A stretch of DNA of 64,000 bases from an uncultured Gemmatimonadales bacterium (GTDB lineage: Bacteria; Gemmatimonadota; Gemmatimonadetes; Gemmatimonadales; Gemmatimonadaceae): assembly GCA_963851265.1 (NCBI GenBank), contig CAWKNZ010000003.1:216014-280013 (forward strand), given 5' to 3'. Under the pieces are notes generated by a model that was given only the letters and a program-made list of their open reading frames with translations, did not search any database and was not told the DNA's origin. Positions 28,565 to 39,009 of this stretch are shown in pieces. Positions within the stretch are counted from its first letter, which is position 1, and every line of letters begins with the position of its first letter. The translations under genes and the position numbers were made by a program.

Positions 28565-31500
28565 GGCGCCGGCGCCCCGCGCGCCCGCTCCGCGGCCGCC
28601 GCCGCAGCGGTCGCGCGTAGCCGTGCTTCGACGGCGGCGCGCGCCGCCGCCACGGCGGCCGTGTCGAACTCGTGGCGCGACCCGCCGCCCGACGCGGGGA
28701 AGAAGAAGCTGAACGCCGCGGGCTCGGCGTGGATCGCGGCGAGGGCGGCCGCGTACAGCGCGCGCTGCGTCGCGTACCCCGCAGCCACACCCGCCTCGCC
28801 CCCGGCCGCGACGCGGTTGGTCTTGTAGTCGAGCACCTCGACCGCGGACCCGCCCGCGCGCGCCGCGTCCGCCACTCGGGCGACGAGGTCCATCGCCCCG
28901 TGCAGCACGTGCGGCGTGCCGTCGACCACGGCGAACCAGGTGAACGCCAGCTCGCGCTCGACCGCCTCGGCGTCCAGCAGCCGCCGCACGTCGGGGTGCG
29001 CGCGGGTCGCCTCGACGAGCCGCGCGATGCGTGCGACCTCCGCCGGCGGCAGCCCACCCATCCCTTCGCGCTCCAGCAGGGCTTCGAGGTCGCGCCGAGC
29101 GTCGCGCGCGACGCCGCCGTCCTCTTCGAGCAGCCGGTGCACGAGGTCGCCGGCGGTTCGGGCGTCGAGCGCGGGCGCCGCACCGGCTCCGCGCGCCTCG
29201 TGCGGCACGCCGGCCGCCGGCTCGGGGCGCAGGCCGAGCACGTACTGCCGCCGGTGCGCGGCGGGGTCCCGTTCGAAGGCCATCAGCTCCGTCGCCGACC
29301 GCCGCCCGAACGGCACCGCGTCCACCCCCGCCACACGCCGGAGCAGCGCGGGGTCGAGTCGCGCCTCGCCCGCCACGTCCGCGAACGCCAGCTCGGCGGC
29401 CGCCACCTCGGCGTGCTCCGGCCGTGCCTCGCCCGCGGCGTCGCCCGCCGCGCCCTGTGCGGCACTCCGTGCCGCGATCCCGTCCGTTAGGCCGAGTGCG
29501 CCGAGCAGCCAGCGCGCGGGGCACGCCGCCGCCGCCGGCTTCGCGCCCGCGCCGGCGACGCGCGCGGGGAGGATGAGCCGCGCGCGCGCCCGCGTCGCCG
29601 CGACGTACGCGACGCGCAGCTCCTCCGCCAGCTCGCGCGCCGCCGCGCCCGCCTGCGCGCACGTCCACGCGGCGGCGACGCGGGTGACCTTCGCGCCGGG
29701 CGCGCGCTCCTGCAGCCGCAGCGTCGCGCCTAACGCCGGGTCGAGCAGGCACGCGGGCGGGCCGAACCCGCCGCCGGCCGCGTCGCGTTCGAGGTCGCAG
29801 AGCACGACGGCCTCCCACTCGAGCCCCTTCGCGCCGTGCACGGTGGCGAGCGTGACCACGTCCTCGCCGGCCCCGTACAGCGGCGCCTCGCCCTCGCGCG
29901 CCTCGCGCCGCGCCTCCGCCGCGCGCCGCCGGTCGAGCCACGCGACGAACGCGGCGAGCGACGCGCCGCCCGCGTCCGCGCTCGCGTCGAAGGCGTCGGC
30001 GAGTTGCACGAGCTTGCGCACGTTCGCGAGCGCGCGCGCGCCGTCGGGTCCGCGCAGCAGCACGGCCGCATAGCCCGTCCGCTCGAGCGCGCGCTCCAGC
30101 AGCGCGGCCACGGGCACGCGGTCGCGCAGAAGGGCGAGCTCGTCGAGCCACGCGCGCGCCGAGGCGATGGCGCGCGCGTCGTCGGGGGCGAACGCGTGCG
30201 CGGCCGCCCCGGGCGGCACGTCCGTCGCCCCGGCCGCGCGCGCGAACGCCAGCGCGAGCGGTGCCTCGGGGTCGGCCCGTCGCACGCGCAGCAGCGCGTC
30301 GTCCGTGAGCCCGACCAGCGGCGAGCGGAGTAGCCCGAGCCACGCCACGTCGTCGTGCGCGTCCGAGACCGCGCGCAGCAGGAGTCCGCAATCGAGCACC
30401 GCGCGCGCGCCGTAGAACCCGGCCCCGCCCGCGACGTGGCACGGCACCCCCGCCGCGCGCAGCGCGTCCTCGTAGGCGGCCATGTGCGTCCGGTTGCGAA
30501 AGAGCAGCGCGACCTCGCGCGGCCGTAGCCCCGCCGCGCCGTCGGGCGTGCCACCGGCGAGGAGCGCGCGGACGCGCGCGGCCACGGCGCGGGCCTCCGC
30601 CGTGCGGCGTACGTCCACGGTGCGTGCGTCGTCGGGAGAGTCGACGAGCAGTATCTCCACCGCGCCGTCCGCACGCGACGCGTCGGGCGCGGGGCGCAGC
30701 GGGCGGAACCGGACTTCGTGGCTCGGCGCCGCCTCGTCGTCCACGGCGGGCATGAGCGCGCCGAACGCCGCGTTCACGTAGTCGACGAGCGCGGCCCCGC
30801 TCCGAAAGCTCGTGTCGAGCGCGATCCGCGGCGCGCCGAGCCGGGCGAAGTCGCGGGCCACCGCGTCCCAGAGCGAGACGTCGGCCCCGCGGAACGCGTA
30901 GAGGCTCTGCTTCGGGTCGCCGACCACGCAGAGCGAGGGCGCGGACAGCGCGAACCCCCTCGGCGCGGGCGAGCCGCCGGGAGCGGCGTCCAGCGCGTCG
31001 AGCGCCTCGCGCACACCGCAGACGAGGTACGCGACGTCGCGCTGCGCGGGATCGGTGTCCTGGAATTCGTCGACGCACAGCCAGCGGAGCCGCGCGCGCA
31101 CCGCGCGCCGCACGCCGGGGTGGTCGGTCAGGAGGGCGCGCGCGCCCGCGACGAGCGCGTCGTAGTCGAGCGCGCCCGCCGCGGCGAGCGCCGTCGCGTG
31201 CCGCGCCCGCACCTCGCCCGCGATGCCCAACAGCGTCGCGCCGAGCGCGGCGGCCTCGCCGTCGAGCCGCTCGTCCCACGCCGGCGCCGCGCCCGCGGAC
31301 GCGGCGGCCGAAACGGCCGCGCGCAGCCGCTCGAGGTGCGCCGACGACGGCGCCGCGCGCGGCCCGTCGCGCCCGGGCGCGCAGCCGGCCTCGCGCGCGG
31401 CGTCCAGCGCGTCGCCCGCGGCGGCGAGGCGCGCGGCCTCGCGCACCAGGCCCTCCACGCCCAGTCGGAGCGCGAGCGCCGCGGCCGGCGCCGCGCCCCC

Positions 31501-31983
31501 CGCGGGGTCGCCTAACGTGCGGAGCACGACCTCGCGCGCCGCGCGCGTCCGGAACTCCGCCGCCTCCGCCTCGTCGAGGACGCGGAACGCGGGGTCCAGC
31601 CCCGCACGCACCCCGAACTCGCGCAGCAGGCCGCCGCAGAACCCGTGGATCGTGCCGACGCGCGCGCCATCGACGGCGTAGGCCATCCGGCGCCAGCGCG
31701 CGTCGCGCGTCGCGCGGTACTCGCGGTGCAGCCGCTCGCGAAGCGCGCCCTTGAGGTCCGCGGCCGCCGCCTCGGTGAAGGTGATCGCGGCCACCTCGTC
31801 GAGCGTGCACGGGCGCGCGGCGCGCTCGCCCGGGAGGACGTCGGCGCCGAGGTGGTGCGCGAGCTTCGCGACGAGGGTGGTCGTCTTGCCCGAGCCCGCG
31901 CCCGCCTCGATGAGCGTGTGCCCCTCGCGGCGCACGGCCTCGCGCTGGGCGTCGGTGTAGGTGCGCTGCGCGGGCGCGGTCAC
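28561..31983 (-). CDS. addA: AddA/RecB-like UvrD helicase with C-terminal PD-(D/E)xK nuclease
   Basis: AGAGSGKT, TIHGFC, VDEFQDT, VGDPKQS.Y.FRG, TVHGAKGLE, YVAATRAR; G.MDL...DYKT nuclease. Confidence 0.88.
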   Translation of the reverse strand: MTAPAQRTYTDAQREAVRREGHTLIEAGAGSGKTTTLVAKLAHHLGADVLPGERAARPCTLDEVAAITFTEAAAADLKGALRERLHREYRATRDARWRRMAYAVDGARVGTIHGFCGGLLREFGVRAGLDPAFRVLDEAEAAEFRTRAAREVVLRTLGDPAGGAAPAAALALRLGVEGLVREAARLAAAGDALDAAREAGCAPGRDGPRAAPSSAHLERLRAAVSAAASAGAAPAWDERLDGEAAALGATLLGIAGEVRARHATALAAAGALDYDALVAGARALLTDHPGVRRAVRARLRWLCVDEFQDTDPAQRDVAYLVCGVREALDALDAAPGGSPAPRGFALSAPSLCVVGDPKQSLYAFRGADVSLWDAVARDFARLGAPRIALDTSFRSGAALVDYVNAAFGALMPAVDDEAAPSHEVRFRPLRPAPDASRADGAVEILLVDSPDDARTVDVRRTAEARAVAARVRALLAGGTPDGAAGLRPREVALLFRNRTHMAAYEDALRAAGVPCHVAGGAGFYGARAVLDCGLLLRAVSDAHDDVAWLGLLRSPLVGLTDDALLRVRRADPEAPLALAFARAAGATDVPPGAAAHAFAPDDARAIASARAWLDELALLRDRVPVAALLERALERTGYAAVLLRGPDGARALANVRKLVQLADAFDASADAGGASLAAFVAWLDRRRAAEARREAREGEAPLYGAGEDVVTLATVHGAKGLEWEAVVLCDLERDAAGGGFGPPACLLDPALGATLRLQERAPGAKVTRVAAAWTCAQAGAAARELAEELRVAYVAATRARARLILPARVAGAGAKPAAAACPARWLLGALGLTDGIAARSAAQGAAGDAAGEARPEHAEVAAAELAFADVAGEARLDPALLRRVAGVDAVPFGRRSATELMAFERDPAAHRRQYVLGLRPEPAAGVPHEARGAGAAPALDARTAGDLVHRLLEEDGGVARDARRDLEALLEREGMGGLPPAEVARIARLVEATRAHPDVRRLLDAEAVERELAFTWFAVVDGTPHVLHGAMDLVARVADAARAGGSAVEVLDYKTNRVAAGGEAGVAAGYATQRALYAAALAAIHAEPAAFSFFFPASGGGSRHEFDTAAVAAARAAVEARLRATAAAAAAERARGAPAP

Positions 31984-33929
31984 GTCCGCACCTCGCGGCA
32001 GGCGTCGCGCACCGCGCAGTGGGGCGGGCACCCGGCCGTGACGCACGCGGGGATCTGCGCCGGAAACACGCCGGCGACGATGCCGTCCACGTGGTACAGC
32101 GCGTGGTCGAGCGCGTCGTGCAGCCGCCGTTCGGCCTCCTCCTGGCGCGCGCCCGGGGCCGCCGCCCGCGCCCGCTTGGCGGCCGCGCTCGCGAGGTGCA
32201 GGTGCGCGGTGCGCGCGCCGCCGTGCTTCACGATCTGGTACGCCCCGCCCCACACCCCCGACTTCCCCTCGGGCAGTCGGCCGAGCGCGTGGAGGTAGAG
32301 CGGCAACTGCAGGATCCCGCCGTGCTCGTACAGCCCGACCGGCGTGAGCGAGCCCGTCGACGTCTTGTAGTCGACGGCGTACGTGAGCCCCCGCAGGGCC
32401 GGGTCGACGAACTCGTCGACGCGGTCGATGCGGCCGCGCAGGCGCAGCGTGCGGCCGTCGCGCGTGAGCGTCACGGGCGCGATCCCGCCGACGCCGAACG
32501 CGACCTCGAACGCCGCCGGACGCCGCTGCGGGGTCGCGGCGCGCGACGTCCGCTCGTTCTCCTCCACCTCCCACGCCACGTACGCGAGCACCGACTCGGC
32601 CAGCTCGGCCGCCGCCACCGCGCGCAGCGCGGGCGGCACCGCCTGCCCGTCGGCCTCGGCCTCCGCGAGCGCACGCTCGACGTGGCGCGGCACGAGCCGG
32701 TCCGCCTGCCGCAGCGCGGCGCGCGTGAGCGCGGCGTCGCCGTGCGCCTCCGCGAGCCCGCGGTGCAGCAACTCGAGCACGCGGTGCACGAGCGTGCCGC
32801 GCGCACGCGGACCGAACGCGCTGGCCTCGTCGTCGGCGTCGGCGGGCGGGGCGTCGGGTTCGCGCACGCCCAACACGTCGCGTGCGAAGAAGTCCCACGG
32901 GCAGCGGCCGTAGCGCTCCAACTCCGCCGCACTCCACACGCGGTCGCCGTAGCGCGCGGCGAGCCACGCGCGCAGGTCGGGGCTCGTCACCGCGCCGTTC
33001 CACGCGCGCACGCTCTCGCGCGGCAGGGACGCCGGGCGCACGGCCCGCCGCGCCGCGCGCGCGCGTTCCCGCTCCGCCACGGCGAGCACGTGCGCCACGA
33101 GCGCGCGCTCGCCCGCCTCGGCGGCGAGGTGCGCCAGGACCGCGCGCGACTCCGCGCGCGCCGCGGCGCTGTCGGCCGCGGCACGTGCGGCCGCGACGAG
33201 GTGTAGGTCCGCCGCGCACCACGCGTCCGCGACGGTGTCGGGCGCGACGGCCGACGCGCGCGCGCGCTCGACCCACGAGGCCGGCTCACCGGAGGGCGGC
33301 TCGCCCGCGCCCGGTGCCGATGCGGCGGGCCCGGCGAGGCGCCCGACCAGGTCGTCGAAGTACGCCGAGGGCAACTGCGGGCGGCCGCGCGCGTCGCCCG
33401 CCGCGTAGCTCAGGTGCAACGAGCGCGCGGCCCCTGCGGCGAGCGTGCGCCAGAGCGACGCCTCGCGCGCGGCCCACGCGTCGGGCGCGTCGACGGGAAG
33501 CCCCGCGCGCGCGAGCGCCCGCCGCTCGTGCGCCGCGAACAGCCCGCCCCCGTCACCCTCGGCGGGAAAGCTCCCCGCCTCCATGCCGACGACGAACAGG
33601 TGGTCGCACGTGCGCCAGACCGCGGCCGACGCTTCCGCCACCTGCACGCCCCGCCGGTGCGGCGTGGTGAGCGCGAGGTCCGCGTCCTCGAGCGCCTCGG
33701 CGAGTTCGTCGTGCCACGCGGCGGCGGTGAGCACCTCGCCCGACGCGTCCGGGGCGCCCGCCCCGCCGTCGCCCAGCGCGAGCGCCGTCCGCCACGCGGC
33801 GAGCGCGTCGCCGAGCGCCGCCAGCCCTTCGACGTCGCGCCGCACGGCGTCCACCGCGAGCGCGTCGCGCGCGAACGCCTGCGGGTCGCGGTGCGGCGCG
33901 CGGCACGCGATCCGACAGAGCCCGAACAC
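31980..33929 (-). CDS. addB: AddB-like protein, C-terminal part (nuclease with Fe-S cysteines)
   Basis: YGRCP..F, RGTLVH, GRIDRVD, DYKT, QLPLY, C-terminal Cys cluster CPPHCAVRDACR; GTGA-coupled to addA. Confidence 0.8.
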   Translation of the reverse strand: MFGLCRIACRAPHRDPQAFARDALAVDAVRRDVEGLAALGDALAAWRTALALGDGGAGAPDASGEVLTAAAWHDELAEALEDADLALTTPHRRGVQVAEASAAVWRTCDHLFVVGMEAGSFPAEGDGGGLFAAHERRALARAGLPVDAPDAWAAREASLWRTLAAGAARSLHLSYAAGDARGRPQLPSAYFDDLVGRLAGPAASAPGAGEPPSGEPASWVERARASAVAPDTVADAWCAADLHLVAAARAAADSAAARAESRAVLAHLAAEAGERALVAHVLAVAERERARAARRAVRPASLPRESVRAWNGAVTSPDLRAWLAARYGDRVWSAAELERYGRCPWDFFARDVLGVREPDAPPADADDEASAFGPRARGTLVHRVLELLHRGLAEAHGDAALTRAALRQADRLVPRHVERALAEAEADGQAVPPALRAVAAAELAESVLAYVAWEVEENERTSRAATPQRRPAAFEVAFGVGGIAPVTLTRDGRTLRLRGRIDRVDEFVDPALRGLTYAVDYKTSTGSLTPVGLYEHGGILQLPLYLHALGRLPEGKSGVWGGAYQIVKHGGARTAHLHLASAAAKRARAAAPGARQEEAERRLHDALDHALYHVDGIVAGVFPAQIPACVTAGCPPHCAVRDACREVRT

Positions 33930-33933
33930 GCCC

Positions 33934-35673
33934 TCACGCGCGCCCTCCGCACGTTCGCGCTCCGCCCGCAGCGCCGCCGCCGCCGCGCCCGAGCCGGCCC
34001 AGCGTGTGATCGATCCACGCGCGACGTGCGCGCGGCGCGTCCGCGTCGCCGACGGTCGCGGCGAACGCCGTGAATGCGTCGCGCAGCGCCTCCGCGCGCC
34101 CGCCGCCGAGCGCGGCCGGCGCGCGCTCGTCCTCGTCGGCCTCGTCGCAGAACGCCGCGATCGCGGCCGACCACTCCGAGAGCGGGACGGCCCGCACCGC
34201 CCCCCACCCCCGCCGGCGTGCGACGGCGGCGAGCCCCGCGGCGTCGAGCCCCGTCGCGAAGTACGGCGACCCGGCGATTGCGCCTAACGAGGCCGGCGAC
34301 CACCCCGCGGCTGCGGCCGCGCTGAGGCGCAGCAGCGCGCCCACCGCGCCCACGCGCGGCAGCGCGACGCGGAGCCGCGCCGTGACCGGTACGCCGTACC
34401 GCCGGAGCGCTTCGACCACGCGCTCGCCATACGGGCGCGCCTGGCGCGAGACGACGAGCACGCGGTGGGGCGCGACCGGCCCGGCGCCGTCCCCCTCGAC
34501 GAGCAGCCGCTTCACGCGCCGCGCGACGAGGTCGGCCTCGCGCGCGACGTCGGGCGCGGCGAGCGCGCGCACGGCCGCGGGGGCGTCGCCCTGCACCGGC
34601 GCCGCCACACGCTCGAACTCCGGGCCCAACGCGAGCGCCGACGCCGCGCCCGCCGCGCCGCCGAGCAAGGTGTCCTGCACGTGCGCGAGCACCGCCGGGC
34701 GCGCCGCGGCTTCGGGGTCGGGCGCGGCGCGCTCCACCCGCGCCGGCCCGCGCGCGAGCAGCGCGTGCGCGAGCGCGTCCTCCCCCAGCGGCTCCGCGTC
34801 GTCCGCGTCGGCGTCTGCCGCGTCCCACGGGTCGCGGCACCGCAGGGCCGCCGCGTGCCGCGACCCGTGGCGCGCCGCCGCGGCATGGACATCCTCGGCG
34901 AGCACCGACACGCGCAGCTCGTCCACGAACGGCGCGGCGTGCAGTGCGCCCACGAGCCGCGCCCACCCGCGCCGCAGGTCGCCGAGCCCGTGCACGCACA
35001 CGGTTCGCGGCGCGTCCGCGGCACCGAACGGCACACGCAGGCGCTCGCGCACCGCGTCCGGCTCCGCCGCGACGGCCTCCGCGGCGCACGCCACCGCGTC
35101 GCGCCCGTCCACGCGCCGCAGCGCGCCGAGCGGGGGCAGCGCGCCCAGGGCGTCGACGTACGCGGCGTAGATGGCCGCGACGTCGGCGTCGCGGAGGCGC
35201 GCCCACGGGTCGTCGTGCTCCGCGCCGGTCGACGCCGGGGAGAGCGCGGCGAACGCGGCGTCGGCCTCCGCGGGCGTGACGCGCTCCGCGACGAGGTCGC
35301 CGACGAGCGCGTCGAGCGCGCGCAGCACCCCGCGCGCCGGCCGGCCGCGCCCGTTCCCGCCCACGGCGAGCGCGCGCCCCGGCGCCGCCTCCGCGGCGCG
35401 CACCAGCAGCGCCCGCCGCTCGAACGCGGTGAGCGGCGCCATCGGGCCGGCGAGCACCTCGGGCAGCTCGTGGAAGACCACGACCGGCGCGCCGAGCCAC
35501 CCCGCGCACCCGGCGCGCGCGGCGCGGTCGAGCAGCGCGTCGCGCACGCCGCCCTGCCGCACGGCCACGAGCGGCAGCGGCCCCGCGGGGCGTCCCGCCA
35601 CGCAGAACGGAGCGGCTACGTGCGCGAGCAGCGCGGCAGGGTCGGACGAGTGGACGAGAACGAGATCGGCCAC
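33934..35673 (-). CDS. AddB-like protein, N-terminal part (inactive-helicase-like); apparently frameshifted from the C-terminal part
   Basis: AAPDVAREADLVARRVKRLL and YGVPV resemble the AddB/RecC scaffold; joins the next ORF if one G is removed at 33988-33990. Confidence 0.65.
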   Translation of the reverse strand: MADLVLVHSSDPAALLAHVAAPFCVAGRPAGPLPLVAVRQGGVRDALLDRAARAGCAGWLGAPVVVFHELPEVLAGPMAPLTAFERRALLVRAAEAAPGRALAVGGNGRGRPARGVLRALDALVGDLVAERVTPAEADAAFAALSPASTGAEHDDPWARLRDADVAAIYAAYVDALGALPPLGALRRVDGRDAVACAAEAVAAEPDAVRERLRVPFGAADAPRTVCVHGLGDLRRGWARLVGALHAAPFVDELRVSVLAEDVHAAAARHGSRHAAALRCRDPWDAADADADDAEPLGEDALAHALLARGPARVERAAPDPEAAARPAVLAHVQDTLLGGAAGAASALALGPEFERVAAPVQGDAPAAVRALAAPDVAREADLVARRVKRLLVEGDGAGPVAPHRVLVVSRQARPYGERVVEALRRYGVPVTARLRVALPRVGAVGALLRLSAAAAAGWSPASLGAIAGSPYFATGLDAAGLAAVARRRGWGAVRAVPLSEWSAAIAAFCDEADEDERAPAALGGGRAEALRDAFTAFAATVGDADAPRARRAWIDHTLGRLGRGGGGAAGGARTCGGRA

Positions 35674-35701
35674 GAGGAGGGCAGAGGGAGGGTGACGCGG
35701 G

Positions 35702-35731
35702 ACGTTGGCGGCACGTTAGCAGTACGTTAGC
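35702..35731 (-). promoter_or_regulatory. Three ACGTTRGC direct repeats at 11-bp spacing upstream of addB
   Basis: Copies at 35702, 35713 and 35724; two read TAACGT (-10-like) on the minus strand. Confidence 0.45.
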
Positions 35732-35788
35732 ACGGCGGTCGCCGGCACGCGCGCGATCCTCCCCCGCCACTCCCCCGGCCCGCAGCGC

Positions 35789-37171
35789 CTAACAAATATC
35801 GTCCGCCCCCCGCAACACCCGCCCCACCCGCTCCGGCCCCACCAGATCCTCCGCGCTCGTCGCCCCCAACTCCCGCAACCGCCGCGCCTGCGGCAGCACC
35901 CGCAGCTCCAGCGATCCCACGGCCGAGTTGTACGCGTCGCTCGCCCGCTCCAGCCCCTTCCGCATGTCCCCGAAGTGGGCGGCGAACACGCGCACCCGGT
36001 CGTACAACTCCCGCCCGGCCGCGCTCACCTGCTCGGCGTTGCGCGCCACGCGCTCCTGCTGCCACCCGTACGCCACCGCGCGCAGGAGCGCGATCAGCGT
36101 CGTCGGACTCGCCGCGATCACGCGCTGCGCCGCCCCGGCCTCCAGCAGCGCCGGGTCGTGCGCGAGCGCCGCGCCGAACACCCCCTCGCCCGGCAGGAAC
36201 ATCACGACGAACTCCGGCGCCTCGGCGAACTGCCCCCAGTAGGCCTTCGCCGAGAGCTTCGCCACGTGGTCGCGCACGTGCCGCGCGTGGTCGCGCAGCC
36301 GCTCGGCCCGCGCGCCGTCGTCGGGGGCGTCGGTGGCCGCGAGGTACGCCTCCAGCGGCGCCTTCGCGTCGACGACCACCACCTTGCCGCCGGGGAGCTT
36401 CACGACGAGGTCCGGCCGCAGCCGCCCACCCCCCTCCGCGGGCCCGTCGAGCTGCACCTGCTCGACGAAGTCGCAGTGCTCCAGCATCCCGGCCATCTCG
36501 CACACGCGCTTGAGCTGCACCTCGCCCCAGCGCCCCCGCGCGTGCGGCGTGCGCAGCGCGTCGACCAGCTGCTGCGTGCGCGCGCCTAACGCGCGCTGCC
36601 CGTCGGCCAGCGCGCGCACCTGCGCGAGCAGCCCCTCGTAGGCGCCCGCGCGCGCGACCTCGACGGCGTGCACCGCCCCGCCCACCCGCTCGAGCGACTC
36701 GCGCAGCGGCGCGACGAGCTCGGCCACCGCGCCCGCGCGCGCCGCGTCGCGCGCGTCGAGGTCCGCCATCCCGGCCTGCTTCGCCTCGCTCGCCGCACTC
36801 GCGAGCGCCGTCCGCGCGAGGGCGAGGAAGTGCGCGCCGTTCTCGCGCAGCGCCTCCGCACTCGCGCTCTGGAAGGTTTCGAGCAGCCGCGCGTGCCGCG
36901 CCGCGTCCCCCGCGGCGGCCCGGCGCTCGGCCGCGAGCTCCGCGCCTAACGCGGCCGCGGCGCGCTCCGCCTCGCCGCGCGCCGCCTGCGCCGCGGCCCG
37001 CTCCGCGTCGCCCCGGCGCAGCGCGTCCTCGCGCTCCGCCAGGCGCGCGGCGAGCGCGGCGGCCTGCGCCGCGCCGCGCGCCCGGGCCGCGGTCCAGGCG
37101 AGGGCGCCGGCGCCCGCGGCGCCGAGCAGCAGCCCGGCGGCGGCGCCGGCGACGAGGTCGGAGGTGGGCAT
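35789..37171 (-). CDS. rmuC: DNA recombination protein RmuC
   Basis: N-terminal TM and coiled coil; [39 protein letters not shown]. Confidence 0.92.
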   Translation of the reverse strand: MPTSDLVAGAAAGLLLGAAGAGALAWTAARARGAAQAAALAARLAEREDALRRGDAERAAAQAARGEAERAAAALGAELAAERRAAAGDAARHARLLETFQSASAEALRENGAHFLALARTALASAASEAKQAGMADLDARDAARAGAVAELVAPLRESLERVGGAVHAVEVARAGAYEGLLAQVRALADGQRALGARTQQLVDALRTPHARGRWGEVQLKRVCEMAGMLEHCDFVEQVQLDGPAEGGGRLRPDLVVKLPGGKVVVVDAKAPLEAYLAATDAPDDGARAERLRDHARHVRDHVAKLSAKAYWGQFAEAPEFVVMFLPGEGVFGAALAHDPALLEAGAAQRVIAASPTTLIALLRAVAYGWQQERVARNAEQVSAAGRELYDRVRVFAAHFGDMRKGLERASDAYNSAVGSLELRVLPQARRLRELGATSAEDLVGPERVGRVLRGADDIC

Positions 37172-37323
37172 CGGGCGGGCGAGACGTGGACGGGGCGGAC
37201 GGAACCGACGCGCGAAGCTAAGCGCCGGCGGCACCCTCGAACGCGAGAATCCTCGCGCGTCGCCTGCCGCACCCGGGTCCGGGCGGCAGGCGCTGGCGGC
37301 GCCGTCGCGGCGGTCGCCCCGGC

Positions 37324-37905
37324 TCAGCCCCGCCGCCGCTCCTCGCCGCGGCCGCCCTGCGGCACCGGCACGCGCGCCGCCAACGCCCGCCCGACCAGCG
37401 CGTCGAGCGACTCGCCGTCGTCCCGCGTCACCCAGCCGAGCGCGAGCGCGCCCGGCGCCTTGTTGAAGGCGAGCAGCTGCAGACGCCGCGCGACGCGGTC
37501 CGTGTCGCGCCGGCCGGCACCGGGCAGCAGCAGCAGAAACTCGTCGGCGCCGATCCGCAGCAGCGGCTCCGTCCCGCGCACGTGGCGCATGAGGAAGCGC
37601 GCGGTCTGGACGCGGAGCGCGTCGCGCAACACGTCGTCCGGCACCCCGCGGTCGTCGCCCGCCGAGCCCTCGCCTTCGAGCAGCACCACGATCGCGCCCA
37701 CCGGGCCGCTGTTCTTCGCGAGCCGCGTTTCGAGCACGGCGAGGTGCGAACGCACCAGACACCCCGTGAGCGGGTCACGCTCCCCGACGAGCGCCGCGGG
37801 ATCGGCGAGCGGGTGCAGGGGTTCGTGCACCACCGTGCGCCCGTGCTCGGGCACGGAATGCAGGACGACGGCGGGCTGCGACACGGTAGGCGTGGCTGAC
37901 GACAT
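37324..37905 (-). CDS. Degenerate GGDEF-domain protein
   Basis: RDPLTG and RIGADEF present; DxDxFK and NDxxGH motifs absent. Confidence 0.7.
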   Translation of the reverse strand: MSSATPTVSQPAVVLHSVPEHGRTVVHEPLHPLADPAALVGERDPLTGCLVRSHLAVLETRLAKNSGPVGAIVVLLEGEGSAGDDRGVPDDVLRDALRVQTARFLMRHVRGTEPLLRIGADEFLLLLPGAGRRDTDRVARRLQLLAFNKAPGALALGWVTRDDGESLDALVGRALAARVPVPQGGRGEERRRG

Positions 37906-38011
37906 GGACGGCGCCTCGGGAAACGGGGTGCGGGAATGTGCGTGCGGGACCGCGGCACGGCAAAGGTCCGACGTGCCCCCCCGACGGTAACCCGCGCCGC
38001 CGCACCGGGGT

Positions 38012-38899
38012 ATGAACACCGTGACTTCGACTACCGACGCCGCGACGCCGCGACTCTGGTCGCTCGGCTCCGGCTCCAAGGGCAACGCCATGGTGCTCGC
38101 CCACGCCGGGCACCACCTCATGTTCGACGCGGGCTTCGAGCTGCCCGCGCTCGTCGACCGGCTCCGCGACGCGGGGCTCCACCCCTGGGACATCGACGAT
38201 GTCGTGCTCTCGCACGGGCACCGCGACCACGTGGTGGGCGCCGCGGCCGGCGCGCACGCCTACGGCTGGCGCGTGTGGGGCGCGCTCGGCACGGTCTGGC
38301 GCTGGCGCGCCCTGCGCGAGATTCCGCTGCTCCCGTTCGAGCCCGGCGGGTCGTTCGCGGCCGGGCCGTGGACGGTGCACACGACTCCCGTTCCGCACGA
38401 CGTCGACGACGCGGCGGCGTTCCTCGCGGTCGCGGACGCCGACCCCGCCCTGCGCGTGGGCTACGCGACCGACCTCGGGCGCGCACCCGACGCCCTCGTC
38501 GACCTCTTCCGCGACGCGAGCGCCCTCGTGCTCGAGAGCAACCACGACCGCGAGTTGCTGCGCACCGGGCCCTATCCGCCCGACCGCCAGGCGCGCGTGG
38601 GTGGGGAGTACGGGCACCTGAGCAACGACCGCGCGGCCGCGGTGCTGCGCGCCGTCGCGCACCCGGGGCTCGCACAGGTCGTGCTCGCCCACGTCAGCCG
38701 GCACAACAACACGCCGGCGCTCGCCCTCGCCACAGCTCGCGCGGCCCTCGACGCGGCGGCCTACGCGGGCGCGCTCCACGCCGCGCCGCAGGATGCGGTG
38801 CTCGGGCCGCTCGACGCCGGACCGCTCCACGTCGCGCCGCTCGCCGCCGGGCTGGAGAGTGGACCGTCGCGAGTCCACGGGTGGTATCAGGGAGTGTGA
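38012..38899 (+). CDS. MBL-fold metallo-hydrolase (YycJ/WalJ-like)
   Basis: LGSGSKGN, SHGHRDH, PHD, TDLG, ESNHD, GHLSN, LAHVS..NN. Confidence 0.88.
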   Translation: MNTVTSTTDAATPRLWSLGSGSKGNAMVLAHAGHHLMFDAGFELPALVDRLRDAGLHPWDIDDVVLSHGHRDHVVGAAAGAHAYGWRVWGALGTVWRWRALREIPLLPFEPGGSFAAGPWTVHTTPVPHDVDDAAAFLAVADADPALRVGYATDLGRAPDALVDLFRDASALVLESNHDRELLRTGPYPPDRQARVGGEYGHLSNDRAAAVLRAVAHPGLAQVVLAHVSRHNNTPALALATARAALDAAAYAGALHAAPQDAVLGPLDAGPLHVAPLAAGLESGPSRVHGWYQGV

Positions 38900-39009
38900 C
38901 CGGCGCAACGCACCACCGCGCCGGCGCGTGTGCAGGGCAGGCGTGGCCGCGCGGCCTTCGTCGCGCGGCCGCTCCGGCCGCTCCGCCCCCTTCCTTCCCG
39001 AGCGCCACG

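Noticed and set aside
31984..33276. N-terminal extension making AddA 1571 aa
   Set aside because: Overlaps the addB-like ORF in another frame; the GTGA-coupled start at 31983 directly precedes the helicase motifs
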